From the NCBI GenBank assembly GCA_021399395.1, contig JAAFKJ010000116.1:1-36565 (forward strand): a stretch of DNA of 36,565 bases, in the 5' to 3' direction. The translations under genes were made by a program, and so were the position numbers. The stretch comes from Candidatus Heimdallarchaeota archaeon (lineage in GTDB: Archaea > Asgardarchaeota > Heimdallarchaeia > Heimdallarchaeales > Heimdallarchaeaceae). The number at the start of each line of letters is the position of its first letter. Positions within the stretch are counted from its first letter, which is position 1. The notes below the pieces were generated by a model, which worked only from the letters and a program-made list of their open reading frames with translations, ran no database searches and had not been told where the DNA came from. This document shows positions 1 to 10,812 of the stretch, piece by piece.

Positions 1-83
1 AGGATAGCCAAGCGGACAACGGCGCTGGTCTTGAAAATCAGTTCCTTATAGGATCCGGGGTTCAAATCCCCGTCCTGGCTCCA
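1..83 (+). tRNA. tRNA-Ser(TGA), 5' end cut off by the window edge (about 3 nt missing)
   Basis: Anticodon arm CTGGT-CTTGAAA-ATCAG, long variable arm (TCCT-TAT-AGGA), T-arm CGGGG-TTCAAAT-CCCCG, 3' TCCTGGC-T-CCA. Confidence 0.93.
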
Positions 84-133
84 ACTCTTTAGTTCATCTG
101 AAAGTGGAATTTAGTTATAATGGTGTTAGGTAT

Positions 134-2221
134 TTGTCATCTATAGAAACTCCTTACGTATTAGGTATTGCTGAGAAACCACAAGCAGCTCGAAGACTAG
201 CCTATGCCTTAGACGAGAATAATAAACCAACAGTCAAGAAATTGCGAAACATTTCAGTTTTTGTTTGTACAAGAGATAACAATCGTATAGTTATAGCCCC
301 TGCAGTTGGTCATTTATTTACTCTTTCTTCTATCGGTAAAACATGGAACTATCCAGTATTAGATTATGAATGGGTACCAAGTCATACAGTAAGTAAAACT
401 GCTAGAACTAAAAACTTCACTGATGTTTTTAAATCTCTTGCAAAAGGAGCAAGTAATGTCATTATTATGACTGATTTTGACAGGGAGGGTGAGGTAATCG
501 GTTATTTAATACTGAAGTATCTTATTGGAAAAACTGATGCTGAAAGAATGAAATTTTCTACTTTGACAGTACGAGATATACTCCAAGCTTATGATCAGAG
601 AGAGAAATCACTTGATATGGGTTTTCTAAATTCTGGTCTTATTCGTCATTATGTGGATTGGTTATATGGAATAAATTATTCCAGAGCATTGAGTCTAGCA
701 GTAAAGAAGGTTTCAGGTCAATTCAAAACAATTTCAATTGGTCGCGTTCAAGGACCTACATTAGGTTCTGTTGTAGAGTTGGAAAACAAAATCAAAATGT
801 TTCTTCCTATTCCTTTTTGGACTATTGAAAGTGAAGTGATTCTAGATAATAAGAAGTTTAAAGCTTTTTATGAAAAATCAAAGATTGAAATTCAGAAAGA
901 AGCTGTACAAATTATTAAAGATTGTAGTGGTTTAGCAGGTAAAATAACTGACGTATCTTCAGAGATGTCATATCAGTATTCTTTCCCTCCTTTTGATTTA
1001 GGATCACTTCAAAGAGAAGCATATAGATACTTCAAATTCTCCCCAAGTAAAACTCTAGAATATGCTGAAAACCTCTATTTGAAGGCTTTAATTTCATATC
1101 CTAGAACCGATAGTCAAAAATTACCAATGACTTTAGGTCATAAAACCATACTTTCCAAACTAAGCAACCAAAGCGATTATAGTACTTTTGCTAATGAAAT
1201 AATCTCTAGAAAGAAGTTCAAACCAAGAGAAGGGAAACGTACAGACGCAGCTCATCCGGCAATCCATCCAACAGGAAATGTCCCGGATAATTCACTCTCA
1301 GCATCTGAAAGAAAAATCTATGATTTAGTGGTTAAACGTTACCTCTCCGTTTTTGGTAGAAGAGCTGAAATTCTCAAGGGTATAATTGAGATTACTGTAA
1401 AAACTCATAAGTTTGAGGTTCGAGGTAGTAAAATAATAGATGAAGGGTGGATAAAATATTACAAACCATATTTCTCACTTTCAGAACAAATTTTACCGGA
1501 CGTTCAGTTAAATTCTGATGTTAAGTTTTCATATATTGAATCAAAAGAAGACTTTACTTCTCCTCCTTATAGATACAATGAATCATCTTTACTAAAGAAC
1601 ATGGAAACAGAGAAAATAGGTACTAAAGCAACTAGAGCAGGGATTATCAAAACTTTGTTTGATCGTGGTTATGTCGAAGGCAAAGTAATTTCACCTACAC
1701 CATTAGGGGTTGGTGTTGTAGATGTTCTACAAAGTCAATATCCAATTCTTGTAAAGTCCGAAATGACTAGAAACTTGGAAGATATCATGGAGGATGTTAA
1801 GAACAAGAAAACGAATATTGATTCTACAATCTTTACAATAAAAAATGAATTGAAGGATTTACTGATATTATTTCATAAGAAGGAAGAGGAAATAGGTCAA
1901 TCTCTTTATGAAAATCTACGTTTATCGGAAAAATCTGAACTTGTGGTTTTAGGAAAGTGTCAGAAATGCAAGAAGGGTGATTTAAGGATCATAAAATCTA
2001 GAAAATCTGGAAAGCGATTTATTTCCTGTTCAGCTTATTTTGATAAGAGTGTTAAATGCACCGCAACATATCCATTACCCAACACTGGAACTGTTAGATC
2101 TACATCAAAGAAGTGCCCACACGACGGATTACCAATCATAGAGTGGCAGAGAGGTAAAAGAAAATATCAGATGTGTATCTCACCAGACTGTCCATCAAAG
2201 AAAGAGGGTGATAAAAATTAG
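134..2221 (+). CDS. topA: DNA topoisomerase I (type IA, archaeal TopA/Topo III-like) with C-terminal zinc ribbons
   Basis: Toprim AEKP, GHL, DFDREGE, GRVQGPTL, catalytic ISYPRTDS, AHPAIHPT, GTKATRA, C-terminal Cys pairs. Start moved to TTG at 134 (the ORF track starts at 104). Confidence 0.95.
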   Translation: MSSIETPYVLGIAEKPQAARRLAYALDENNKPTVKKLRNISVFVCTRDNNRIVIAPAVGHLFTLSSIGKTWNYPVLDYEWVPSHTVSKTARTKNFTDVFKSLAKGASNVIIMTDFDREGEVIGYLILKYLIGKTDAERMKFSTLTVRDILQAYDQREKSLDMGFLNSGLIRHYVDWLYGINYSRALSLAVKKVSGQFKTISIGRVQGPTLGSVVELENKIKMFLPIPFWTIESEVILDNKKFKAFYEKSKIEIQKEAVQIIKDCSGLAGKITDVSSEMSYQYSFPPFDLGSLQREAYRYFKFSPSKTLEYAENLYLKALISYPRTDSQKLPMTLGHKTILSKLSNQSDYSTFANEIISRKKFKPREGKRTDAAHPAIHPTGNVPDNSLSASERKIYDLVVKRYLSVFGRRAEILKGIIEITVKTHKFEVRGSKIIDEGWIKYYKPYFSLSEQILPDVQLNSDVKFSYIESKEDFTSPPYRYNESSLLKNMETEKIGTKATRAGIIKTLFDRGYVEGKVISPTPLGVGVVDVLQSQYPILVKSEMTRNLEDIMEDVKNKKTNIDSTIFTIKNELKDLLILFHKKEEEIGQSLYENLRLSEKSELVVLGKCQKCKKGDLRIIKSRKSGKRFISCSAYFDKSVKCTATYPLPNTGTVRSTSKKCPHDGLPIIEWQRGKRKYQMCISPDCPSKKEGDKN

Positions 2222-2459
2222 CTCGAAAAAAACTTTAGCTGTATGTCCAATTTGTAAAAAAAACAAAGAAAATTCTCAAGAGAAGTATTGTAAAAATCAT
2301 AATGCAGCTAAGAAGTTGCTCAAACCGGGATATTTATCATGGTTAAAAGCATATGGTTCAGTTTCATGGGATGAGTTTCTTAAGAGATTATTAGATTTAG
2401 AAGGTTTAGTTGGAGATTTTATTAAAGAAATAGTTGAGTATGAGTTCTATTTTCAATAA
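2208..2459 (+). CDS. Small hypothetical protein with CxxC...CxxH putative zinc finger, overlapping the topA stop
   Basis: CPIC...YCKNH motif; SD-like GAGGGTGA; overlaps the topA end. Confidence 0.65.
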   Translation: MIKISSKKTLAVCPICKKNKENSQEKYCKNHNAAKKLLKPGYLSWLKAYGSVSWDEFLKRLLDLEGLVGDFIKEIVEYEFYFQ

Positions 2460-2499
2460 AACCCCCATTCAATTTTCCTCTCCCCATTCTTAATCAATG

Positions 2500-2739
2500 T
2501 TAAGAAAACAATGCGGTGTGAATTTGTTCTTTCTCCGGTAACCCCTCAATCTTCGTTTGACCAACTAATATTGTTGGTAAAGAAGAAATTTCCAACTCTT
2601 TTTTTGTGCTAATTTTTATATTTTTGTAATTAAAGAGCCCATTGTATTCATCTAGAACATTTCTAAGTATTTTTTCAGCAATGTTACAGTATGGACAATC
2701 TTCTGTTGTATATAGAACTATTTGTTTCATCTCATACAT
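2500..2739 (-). CDS. Glutaredoxin/thioredoxin family protein
   Basis: CPYC active site, cis-Pro motif SLPT, 79 aa. Confidence 0.88.
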   Translation of the reverse strand: MYEMKQIVLYTTEDCPYCNIAEKILRNVLDEYNGLFNYKNIKISTKKELEISSLPTILVGQTKIEGLPEKEQIHTALFS

Positions 2740-2841
2740 TTTCTATGCTAAAGTATTAAAAATGCAACAAAAATTTTCGGACTAGCGTAGATGATAGTGT
2801 AATATTACAAGCACAGAAACTTTGAAGCTAACCCAAAAAAA

Positions 2842-3135
2842 CTAAATAGAATCACAACTGCAGGGATTGTTTTTGCATTTCGGACATGAATGGGCGTATT
2901 TTTTGAAGAACATTTCTTCGACATCAATTTCAGCAAGATTTGCAATACTAAAGATCCAAGCAATTACATCAATGATTTCTTCTGTAATTTTAAGCTCATC
3001 TTTCAAGAGAATTGCTTCTGATAGTTCTCCAACTTCTTCAACTAATTTTAAGAATGTTTTCTCCTTTCCTCTTGCTTTATCCTTGTTATAGAAAAGATTC
3101 CTCATTAATTTTTGAATGTCGTGAATATACGTCAC
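2842..3135 (-). CDS. MazG-like nucleotide pyrophosphohydrolase (archaeal type)
   Basis: LVEEVGELSEAI...EEIIDV motif and C-terminal CPKCxxxPCxC. Confidence 0.9.
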   Translation of the reverse strand: MTYIHDIQKLMRNLFYNKDKARGKEKTFLKLVEEVGELSEAILLKDELKITEEIIDVIAWIFSIANLAEIDVEEMFFKKYAHSCPKCKNNPCSCDSI

Positions 3136-3161
3136 CCTCTGTTTTCCATTTGAAAATGTGT

Positions 3162-3359
3162 TTAAGTAGGAGAGACGTAAAGAAAATTACCTACAATAAC
3201 AACAACAATTAGGATTAGACTAAAAGCAACAACGTACCAAGGACCAATTTTTACTCCAGGTAAATCTTCATCATAATATCTCATTAAACCTGCTCCTGTA
3301 GCAGGCATTGGACTTGTATCACGCTTTTGTTTCTTCCTTTGAGAAGTTCTTCTACTCAT
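3162..3359 (-). CDS. Preprotein translocase subunit Sec61beta
   Basis: Basic N-terminus, AGLMRYYDED, KIGP, single C-terminal TM helix; ATG at 3359. Confidence 0.92.
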   Translation of the reverse strand: MSRRTSQRKKQKRDTSPMPATGAGLMRYYDEDLPGVKIGPWYVVAFSLILIVVVIVGNFLYVSPT

Positions 3360-3511
3360 ATTGCTCAACTGAGTTTTAAGATAGAGATATATATGATTTT
3401 TTATCAATTACATTTCAGTTGACCAAAACAAAATAATAAAGCTTCAAAAAATGAAACCCATCATCAAAAAATTTAAGATGTGATTAACTTCAAAGAACTA
3501 TAACATACAAT

Positions 3512-3610
3512 GACCCCGTAGCTCAGCTGGATAGAGCACCAGCCTTCTATGTAAAGCTAATATGCGAAGATAGTTGGGGGTCGCGCGTTCGAATCGCGTC
3601 GGGGTCGCCA
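3512..3610 (+). tRNA. tRNA-Arg(TCT) with 22-nt canonical intron (3550-3571)
   Basis: GACCCCG/CGGGGTC acceptor stem, anticodon TCT at 3546-3548, BHB central helix CTTC/GAAG, encoded CCA. Confidence 0.95.
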
Positions 3611-3666
3611 TGTTTATTTCCAATATATGGAAAAAATTTCTTTACAAACAAAAATGTTGCCCAGTC

Positions 3667-5295
3667 ATGAATCCATCTAAGAAGCTTCGAAAATTGGTTG
3701 CTGAAGGTTATCAACTTACTCCGGAAGCCTTTTCCTATCTTAATTCTTTAGAGGACGTAGATTCAGTTATTGATGAGATTCTTTCTTCTGGAACAGCTCA
3801 ACTGATACTTTCTATAGATGATATAAACGAAATAATTAACCAAGAAATTGAAGAAGTTAAGTCTGTTGATCAACCAGCTGATGAACCTGTTGATGCAAAA
3901 GAAGAACAGATTATGGTTGAAGATAAAACAGAAGATAGCAAAAGTTTGGATTCAAAAGTCTCATCTGTGGAAATCAAAAAAGATGATTTAGTAAAAGAAA
4001 AACAGTTATTACCTAAAGAAAAAAAAATACGGACAGAGGTAAGAAAAGAAGCAATCTCAACTGATTTAGAGGTTCTTTATTCCCCCAAAGTCACAAAAAC
4101 TCCAGCTTCAGCTGCAAGTTTTCGTCAGTATTTTAAGAATAGATTTGAAGTAATTAGCTCCTATTTTTCGAAAAGAAGAGATATTGCAAACAGAGTCACA
4201 ACCAGTGATTTAGAACCAAACAAAGATAGAGATATGGTGGCTTTAATTGCTCTTGTTACTAAGATAAAAAGGATAGCACAAAAAATAGTCATTATTGAAA
4301 TGGAAGATCTGTCTGGAGATGCAACTGGTTTTATTTATGCTTCAAATCCAGACCTTATTCAATCGTCTCAATTCATTTTGGAAGATTCAGTCTTATGCTT
4401 TGTTGGAAACTGGAGAAATAAACGATTCAATATTAAAGATGTTCTTTGGCCAGATATTCCTTATACGCACAAATCAAACTACTCGTATGAATCAGTACTC
4501 TCTCTACACATCTCTGACATCCATGTAGGATCAAAGAACTTCGCAGGAAAACTCTTTCATCGGGTTATTAATATGATAAATGGTGACCTAGAAGATGCAA
4601 AATATAATAAAATAGGAGAAAAAATCAAATATCTTTTTGTTGCTGGAGACATTGTTGATGGAGTTGGAGTTTATCCAGGACAGAAAGATGACTTGGTAAT
4701 AGATAGTATTCAACTGCAGTATCATTTAGCTACAGAATATTTTGATCAAATTAGAAAGGATGTTGAAATAATTATCATTCCTGGGAATCATGATGGTGCA
4801 AGGTCTGCCGAACCTCAAACCCCCATACAAAAGGAATTTGCTCAAGATCTTGTTAGTTTAGATAATGTTCATCTCTTAGGGAGTCCTTGTTACTTGAAAG
4901 CACATAATGTAGAGATTATGCTCAATCATGGCAATTCAATACTAGATATTAATGCGGCAATACCTGCTATTCCACATGAAACCTCTATTCCTGCTATGAG
5001 AGAGATGTTAAAAAACCGTCATCTCGTGCCTATATACGGGAGAAGAACACCTATTGCACCAACACCGACTGATGAATTAATTATCTCGAGAATTCCTGAT
5101 ATTTTTCATACTGGTCACACGCACATAGCTGGAGATGACAGATACAAAGGAGTATTATTACTTAATTCTGGAACCTTCCAATATCAAACAAGTTACCAAA
5201 AAAGTATGAATATCAATCCTACAACTGGATTAACATATATTGTAAATCTAAAAAATCTGGAAAGGTCTGAAATAAATTTTAAAGAAATACATTGA
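3667..5295 (+). CDS. polB: DNA polymerase D small subunit (DP1, proofreading exonuclease)
   Basis: Calcineurin-like motifs SDIHVGS, GDIVDGVGVYPGQ, PGNHD, HG, GHTH, NSGTFQ, plus an OB-fold region. Start set at ATG 3667 because the ORF-track start lies inside the tRNA. Confidence 0.95.
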   Translation: MNPSKKLRKLVAEGYQLTPEAFSYLNSLEDVDSVIDEILSSGTAQLILSIDDINEIINQEIEEVKSVDQPADEPVDAKEEQIMVEDKTEDSKSLDSKVSSVEIKKDDLVKEKQLLPKEKKIRTEVRKEAISTDLEVLYSPKVTKTPASAASFRQYFKNRFEVISSYFSKRRDIANRVTTSDLEPNKDRDMVALIALVTKIKRIAQKIVIIEMEDLSGDATGFIYASNPDLIQSSQFILEDSVLCFVGNWRNKRFNIKDVLWPDIPYTHKSNYSYESVLSLHISDIHVGSKNFAGKLFHRVINMINGDLEDAKYNKIGEKIKYLFVAGDIVDGVGVYPGQKDDLVIDSIQLQYHLATEYFDQIRKDVEIIIIPGNHDGARSAEPQTPIQKEFAQDLVSLDNVHLLGSPCYLKAHNVEIMLNHGNSILDINAAIPAIPHETSIPAMREMLKNRHLVPIYGRRTPIAPTPTDELIISRIPDIFHTGHTHIAGDDRYKGVLLLNSGTFQYQTSYQKSMNINPTTGLTYIVNLKNLERSEINFKEIH

Positions 5296-5308
5296 TAGGA
5301 AATTTTAC

Positions 5309-5722
5309 CTATTCAGGAGGAATCTCGTCATCATCAATTTGAACATATGACAATATGTCAGCAATTTGTGGTGCATGATTGGATAAAACAGCTATCGCTG
5401 TCTTGAATTCTTCAATATCACTAGTACCACCAACTAGATGAAAATCCCCAATAGATTTGAGAATCAAGAAACCATTTGTACCTCGGACCATTACATCATT
5501 AATTGGCGAAAAATTCAATCTTTCCAATGCTAATCTAGCAGCAGCAACAAGTGCAGCACCTATGGCGGACAACTCTGTTGAGTTTGCTTTTTTATCTCCT
5601 GCATAAAATGCTACTCTATCTCCAGTTGCAGTTAAAACAGCTAAAGCTTCTAATTTAGCTTCTTGAGTGATATCTTTCAACTCTTTTGCTAATGCATATG
5701 CAATTTTCCTTTCTAATCTCAT
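5309..5722 (-). CDS. Roadblock/LC7 domain protein
   Basis: Pattern AVLTATG...LSAIGAALVAAA...VMVRGTNGFLIL typical of roadblock/MglB folds. Confidence 0.8.
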   Translation of the reverse strand: MRLERKIAYALAKELKDITQEAKLEALAVLTATGDRVAFYAGDKKANSTELSAIGAALVAAARLALERLNFSPINDVMVRGTNGFLILKSIGDFHLVGGTSDIEEFKTAIAVLSNHAPQIADILSYVQIDDDEIPPE

Positions 5723-5948
5723 TGCTCTCTAAATCACTTTAAGCTAGAATTATCTTAATTAATGTTCCTATGGTTTCTTGCTTGTCAAGATGTGATGATT
5801 AGTTTCAAGAAGTTTTTCTAAAGCTTCTGATCATATTTGTCTACTTTTTTAAGGTGATTTTTCCAATAAAAATAATATTACAAACAAGTGAAGAAGAAAG
5901 ACTTTACTTAAGGAATATTTTTAAACGCATTTCTTTATTCAACTTCAA

Positions 5949-5976
5949 AAAGTACTGCAGTACGTTATAGTACTTT
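5949..5976. promoter_or_regulatory. Inverted repeat between the putative aglB TATA box and its SD
   Basis: AAAGTACTG-N10-TAGTACTTT, overlapping the palindrome GTACTGCAGTAC (5952-5963); TTTTTAAA at about 5918-5925. Confidence 0.3.
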
Positions 5977-5995
5977 AATATAAGGTGTATAAAAA

Positions 5996-8266
5996 TTGTC
6001 GAGTGATTCAGGTATTTCTGGAACTCTAGGTCGTTTCTGGAGAAAAATAGTAGACCACTTTGAAGATTATGAATTCGATAAAGTGGTTCTCCTTAATAGA
6101 CTTAGTCTGCTAATTATTCTTATTGCTGGTGTTATGATACGATTATTTTCATTGATGAAAGGATATGATACTCTCATCAAAGCATTTGATCCTTATGTTC
6201 AGTTAGTGAGTGCTGAATTTATAAGTGAAAATGGTTTCAGTGCATTCATACATTGGTTTAAGGATAATTCATGGTATCCATATGGATTTCAAACTGGACA
6301 AGAACTATATTGGGGTGTTCCTGTAAGTGCAGTTATTATACATGCAATCCTGAACTTCTTTGCGATAAATGTTTCAATTCAACAAGTAGCTTTCTTTAGT
6401 CCAGTTGTGTATGGTCTACTTACAATAATCGCATCTTATTTCTTAGGAAAAGAAGCTGTAAGTACAAGAACTGGTCTTTTTACGGCTTTTTTTATGGCAT
6501 TCTCGCCAGCTTTTCTATCAAGAAGCACGGCAGGTTTCTTTGACAATGAATCAATAGGTATTCTATTCACAGTACTGACCTTATACTTCTTTATTAGAGC
6601 AATTAAGCGTGGTGGAACTATTTCTGCATTTCTTGCGGGTATAAGTCTGGGGCTTTTAATTGGAAGTTGGGGTGCATATAGATATGTGTTGGATCTATTA
6701 CCTCTTGCAGCATTATTTCTTGTATTAACCAGAAAACTAACCTACAGATTGATAAAAACCTATACAATCACAATAGTAACGGCACTGAGTATAGGTTTTC
6801 TAATTCCAAGAGTAATGACAAATAAATTCTACAATATAGAAGTGATGATACCTGTTTTAATGATAGGTTTTCTAATCTTAGTTGGATTAGTGCAAAATCT
6901 ATCAAGGAACTTAAGTGAAAAAACGTTCAAACAAGTTATAATTGTAGGATCCATTACAATATTTGTTCTTCTAACCGTATTAGTGACAATCTTTCTGTCA
7001 TTAGGAATTTTTTCAAATATTGCAGATAAATTCTGGGCTGTAATTCTGCCTGGAGAAAGGACGAGTATTCCTATTATTTCTTCAGTAAGCGAACATCAAC
7101 CTATGACTTGGGCTGAGCTTTTCAACAACATCCATGTTATGATGTTTTTGATGCCTCTAGGCATATACTATTGTTTGAAGAAACCAACTGACGTTAATAT
7201 TATCATCCTTACTATGGGTATTACAACCATTTACTTCTCTGGTTCAATGGTAAGACTTGTATTATTATTGGCACCATCTGCTTCATTATTGAGCGCTATG
7301 GCTATTGACAAACTTCTCTATACCTATTCATTAAGTGCTCATGGCAAGATTGCTTTAACAAAAAGAAAATTACGTATTACCAAATCTATTGGTAGAGATG
7401 AAGCTGTAATCGCTTATCTTGTGATATTTGGTTTGCTACTTACATTTACATTTCATAGTATAAAACTCGCTGACAATTACTCACAATCTGAAATGGCTCC
7501 TGTAATATTCCTAAATGGAATTCCAGCTTCTGATTGGCAAGAGGCATTGATGTGGTTGAGAGAAAATGGTCAAAGCGACGGAATTATTGAAAATAGTGCT
7601 CCAGTAGTTTTAAGCTGGTGGGATTATGGTTATTGGATTACGAACTACGGAAATACTACGACGCTCGTAGATAATGCAACAACAAATAAAACCCAGATAG
7701 GTATGGTAGGTACTATGCTAATGTGGAATTTCTCAGAATCAGTGAAGATGATGTATAAGTATAATATCAAATATGTGCTGATAAACTCTCAAGCAGGTCT
7801 TCCAGGACTTGGATCAGATTTAGGAAAAGCACTATGGTGTATTAGAATAGCAGAATCAACTGTTCCAAGATATGGTATAACAGAAGATAATTTCTATGGG
7901 CTTTCTGAAGATGAGAGACAATATCTGTATTATGATTCATTCTATGACTCAGTCTTATACAGATTGGCAGCATATGATGAATTAACTGGTTACGCTTGGA
8001 CTCCTGATTTTGATGGAACACCAACAAGTAAAAATCCTGGTTTGTTAGTTTCAGCACAGTATTTTCCAGTTCATAATTTGAAAGGTCCAGATGGAATTAC
8101 CTATTTCTCCGAAGTATTCAGAAGTTATGGTTTAGCTTCTAATCCACAAGACTCTAGAAGATATCCTTTGGTAAGGATTTTTGAGGTAATTTATCCTGAA
8201 AACATAGAACAACTATCTGCAGAACTAAACTATGATTATCCTGAACCAATTGAGGATGAAACTTAG
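5996..8266 (+). CDS. aglB: Oligosaccharyltransferase AglB/STT3
   Basis: Many TM helices, FDPY, GFFDNE, SVSEH, WWDYG and DNAT motifs. Confidence 0.96.
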   Translation: MSSDSGISGTLGRFWRKIVDHFEDYEFDKVVLLNRLSLLIILIAGVMIRLFSLMKGYDTLIKAFDPYVQLVSAEFISENGFSAFIHWFKDNSWYPYGFQTGQELYWGVPVSAVIIHAILNFFAINVSIQQVAFFSPVVYGLLTIIASYFLGKEAVSTRTGLFTAFFMAFSPAFLSRSTAGFFDNESIGILFTVLTLYFFIRAIKRGGTISAFLAGISLGLLIGSWGAYRYVLDLLPLAALFLVLTRKLTYRLIKTYTITIVTALSIGFLIPRVMTNKFYNIEVMIPVLMIGFLILVGLVQNLSRNLSEKTFKQVIIVGSITIFVLLTVLVTIFLSLGIFSNIADKFWAVILPGERTSIPIISSVSEHQPMTWAELFNNIHVMMFLMPLGIYYCLKKPTDVNIIILTMGITTIYFSGSMVRLVLLLAPSASLLSAMAIDKLLYTYSLSAHGKIALTKRKLRITKSIGRDEAVIAYLVIFGLLLTFTFHSIKLADNYSQSEMAPVIFLNGIPASDWQEALMWLRENGQSDGIIENSAPVVLSWWDYGYWITNYGNTTTLVDNATTNKTQIGMVGTMLMWNFSESVKMMYKYNIKYVLINSQAGLPGLGSDLGKALWCIRIAESTVPRYGITEDNFYGLSEDERQYLYYDSFYDSVLYRLAAYDELTGYAWTPDFDGTPTSKNPGLLVSAQYFPVHNLKGPDGITYFSEVFRSYGLASNPQDSRRYPLVRIFEVIYPENIEQLSAELNYDYPEPIEDET

Positions 8267-8270
8267 AAAT

Positions 8271-8312
8271 ATTTTTCATCTTTTTCTTTCCTTATTTTTT
8301 CTGTTTTTTCTT
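8271..8312 (+). terminator. Oligo-T archaeal terminator after aglB
   Basis: Several T5-T6 runs immediately after the stop codon. Confidence 0.5.
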
Positions 8313-8505
8313 CCATGTAAGATTATAATAAGAAGGTTTAACATCAAAAGACTAGATTTTGTATGCGGCAGATAGCAAATTCAGAGCAAAGCTTATTTCT
8401 GATAAAGACAAGACCAAAACGCTTTTAATAATCTTTGGAGGGGAGTTATTAAAGTACATTCAATATAAAATAATAGTACTGTTAATTAAAAAAAGGTGTA
8501 AAATA

Positions 8506-9792
8506 ATGAGCTCAAAAGGGAAACCTCATTTAAATCTAGTAATCATTGGTCACGTTGATCATGGTAAATCTACTATGACTGGTCACTTACTCTATGTCTG
8601 TGGAAGTATATCTGAAAGAGATATTCAGAAATGGGAAAAAGATGCTGAATTAATCGGTCGAGGCAGCTTTAAATTTGCCTGGGCTCTTGATAAACTAAAA
8701 GAAGAGAGAGAAAGGGGTGTAACCATTGATCTTGCGTTTTACAAATTCCAAACAAAGAAATACTACTTTACAATTATTGATGCTCCAGGGCATCGTGACT
8801 TTGTTAAGAACATGATCACTGGTACTTCCCAAGCTGATGCTGCTATTCTAGTTATCAGTGCCGGTACTGGTGAGTTCGAAGCTGGTATTAGTACAACTGG
8901 ACAAACAAGAGAGCATGCATTGCTTGCAAAGACATTAGGTGTAGATCAATTAGTCGTAGCAGTAAATAAAATGGATCTTGCAAATTATAAGCAAGAACGT
9001 TTTGAAGAAATTAAGGACGAAATGGAAAGAAACCTAAAACTCTTTGGTTTTGATATCGCGAAAAAAGTGAAATTCGTACCAGCAAGTGGTATGCAAGGTG
9101 ATAATCTTAACGCTAAGTCAGATAAAATGCCATGGTATGACGGTCCTACAATGCTCGAAGCATTAGATACCTTCATTGTACCACCCAAGCCAAGCGATAA
9201 ACCTTTGAGATTACCTATTCAAGATGTTTATACAATTACTGGAATTGGTACAGTGCCTGTAGGTCGTGTTGAAACTGGTATCCTAAAACCAAAAGACGAA
9301 ATCATTTTCCAACCAACAGGAAAGAAAGCAGCAATTATGTCCATTGAAATGCATCATGAAATAATTCCTGAAGCTATTCCCGGAGATAATATTGGTTTTA
9401 GTTGTAAAGGTTTAGCAAAGAAAGATGTACGACGTGGAGACGTTGTAGGTCATGCTACCAAACCTCCAACAATAGCTAAAGAATTTTTAGCTACAGTTCA
9501 AGTAATAAGACATCCTTCTGCAATAGCTGTCGGTTATACTCCAGTTATCCACTGTGGTACAAACCAAGTAGCAACTCGTTTTGCTGAGCTGAAGACAAAA
9601 GTTGCCAAAGGCGAAAAGACTGACAAACCTGATTTCCTAAAGAATGGTGATGCAGCTGAAGTAATTATGATCCCAACTCGTGATATGGTCATTGAATCAT
9701 ATACAGAATTTCCACCACTAGGTCGTTTTGCTGTTAGAGATATGGGTCAAACAGTAGCTGTAGGTATTGTTAAGAAAGTAACTCCAAAATAG
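8506..9792 (+). CDS. tuf: Translation elongation factor EF-1alpha
   Basis: [39 protein letters not shown]; SD-like AGGTG before ATG 8506. Confidence 0.98.
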   Translation: MSSKGKPHLNLVIIGHVDHGKSTMTGHLLYVCGSISERDIQKWEKDAELIGRGSFKFAWALDKLKEERERGVTIDLAFYKFQTKKYYFTIIDAPGHRDFVKNMITGTSQADAAILVISAGTGEFEAGISTTGQTREHALLAKTLGVDQLVVAVNKMDLANYKQERFEEIKDEMERNLKLFGFDIAKKVKFVPASGMQGDNLNAKSDKMPWYDGPTMLEALDTFIVPPKPSDKPLRLPIQDVYTITGIGTVPVGRVETGILKPKDEIIFQPTGKKAAIMSIEMHHEIIPEAIPGDNIGFSCKGLAKKDVRRGDVVGHATKPPTIAKEFLATVQVIRHPSAIAVGYTPVIHCGTNQVATRFAELKTKVAKGEKTDKPDFLKNGDAAEVIMIPTRDMVIESYTEFPPLGRFAVRDMGQTVAVGIVKKVTPK

Positions 9793-9879
9793 TTCTTTAA
9801 CTATTTTTTCATTTTTTTATTTTTTCTTCTGATATTCAAAATATAAGTAAACTATGAAAAATAGAAAAGAATCAGAAGA

Positions 9880-10791
9880 TTATTTTTCTGGGACAATACT
9901 GTCAACAATATTCTCGGGTATAAAAGGTTCAAAATCATTGTAATTTTGTCCAATACCTAAGTATAATATTGGTTTTTCACTAATATGAGTGACTGAAACA
10001 GCAGCCCCACCTTTTACATCAGCATCAATTTTGTTTAAAATACTACAATCGATTCCAACTTTCTCGTTAAAGAGGGTAACTTGCGATATTAAAGAGTTAC
10101 CAGTTAAAGCATCACCAACGAATATCTTCAGATCTGGTTCGGTGACAGAACATATTTTTTGCAGCTCAGACATAAGATTTGAGCTAGTTTCAATTCGTCC
10201 TGCAGTGTCAATTAGTACTACATCTATTTCCTTTGAAACAGCGTGATTAATCGCATCAAATGCTACTGCTGCTGCATCTGAACCATAAGTTTGTGCGATA
10301 ACTCTAATCTTCAGATTTTCTCCATGTTTTTGTAATTGCTGAATACTTCCTGCTCTAAATGTGTCTCCTGCAGCGAAAACACAAGAAAATCCATTATCAT
10401 TGAAAAACTTCCCTAGTTTTGCGATGGAAAGAGTTTTTCCAACTCCGTTTACCCCAAAGAAAGCAATTGTATAAGGTGTTTTCTTATCTTTGGATTTCTT
10501 TATCTCTGCTAAAATATCGATAGGTTTCTCAGGTGTCAGAACTTCAAGCAATACTTCCTTCAATGAAGCTAAAACAATACTCTTGGCATTAGTAAAACGA
10601 GTGTGCTCTGTTTTAGAGAGTTTGATTGCCAAATTCTTGCTTATTGTTTCTGCAGTAATTACTGCTACTTCGTTTTTTATGAGAACGTCCTTTAGTTCTT
10701 TAGTTACTTTAGCAATAGATTTTTGAGAAAAATCTGTAACAGTTATCTTCTTGAGTGCCTTTGAGACGCTCTTTCTAAGTTGATCAAACAC
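9880..10791 (-). CDS. ftsY: SRP receptor FtsY (NG domain only)
   Basis: GVNGVGKT, DTFRAG, DTAGR, KIDADVKGG, LGIGQ. Confidence 0.96.
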   Translation of the reverse strand: MFDQLRKSVSKALKKITVTDFSQKSIAKVTKELKDVLIKNEVAVITAETISKNLAIKLSKTEHTRFTNAKSIVLASLKEVLLEVLTPEKPIDILAEIKKSKDKKTPYTIAFFGVNGVGKTLSIAKLGKFFNDNGFSCVFAAGDTFRAGSIQQLQKHGENLKIRVIAQTYGSDAAAVAFDAINHAVSKEIDVVLIDTAGRIETSSNLMSELQKICSVTEPDLKIFVGDALTGNSLISQVTLFNEKVGIDCSILNKIDADVKGGAAVSVTHISEKPILYLGIGQNYNDFEPFIPENIVDSIVPEK

Positions 10792-10812
10792 TAGATTACC
10801 ACGTCTCCAGTT

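Noticed and set aside
8359-8505. N-terminal extension of EF-1alpha (and likewise DP1 3574-3666 and NHL 19313-19414)
   Set aside because: ORF-caller extensions into intergenic or tRNA sequence; homology and SD position favour the downstream ATGs.
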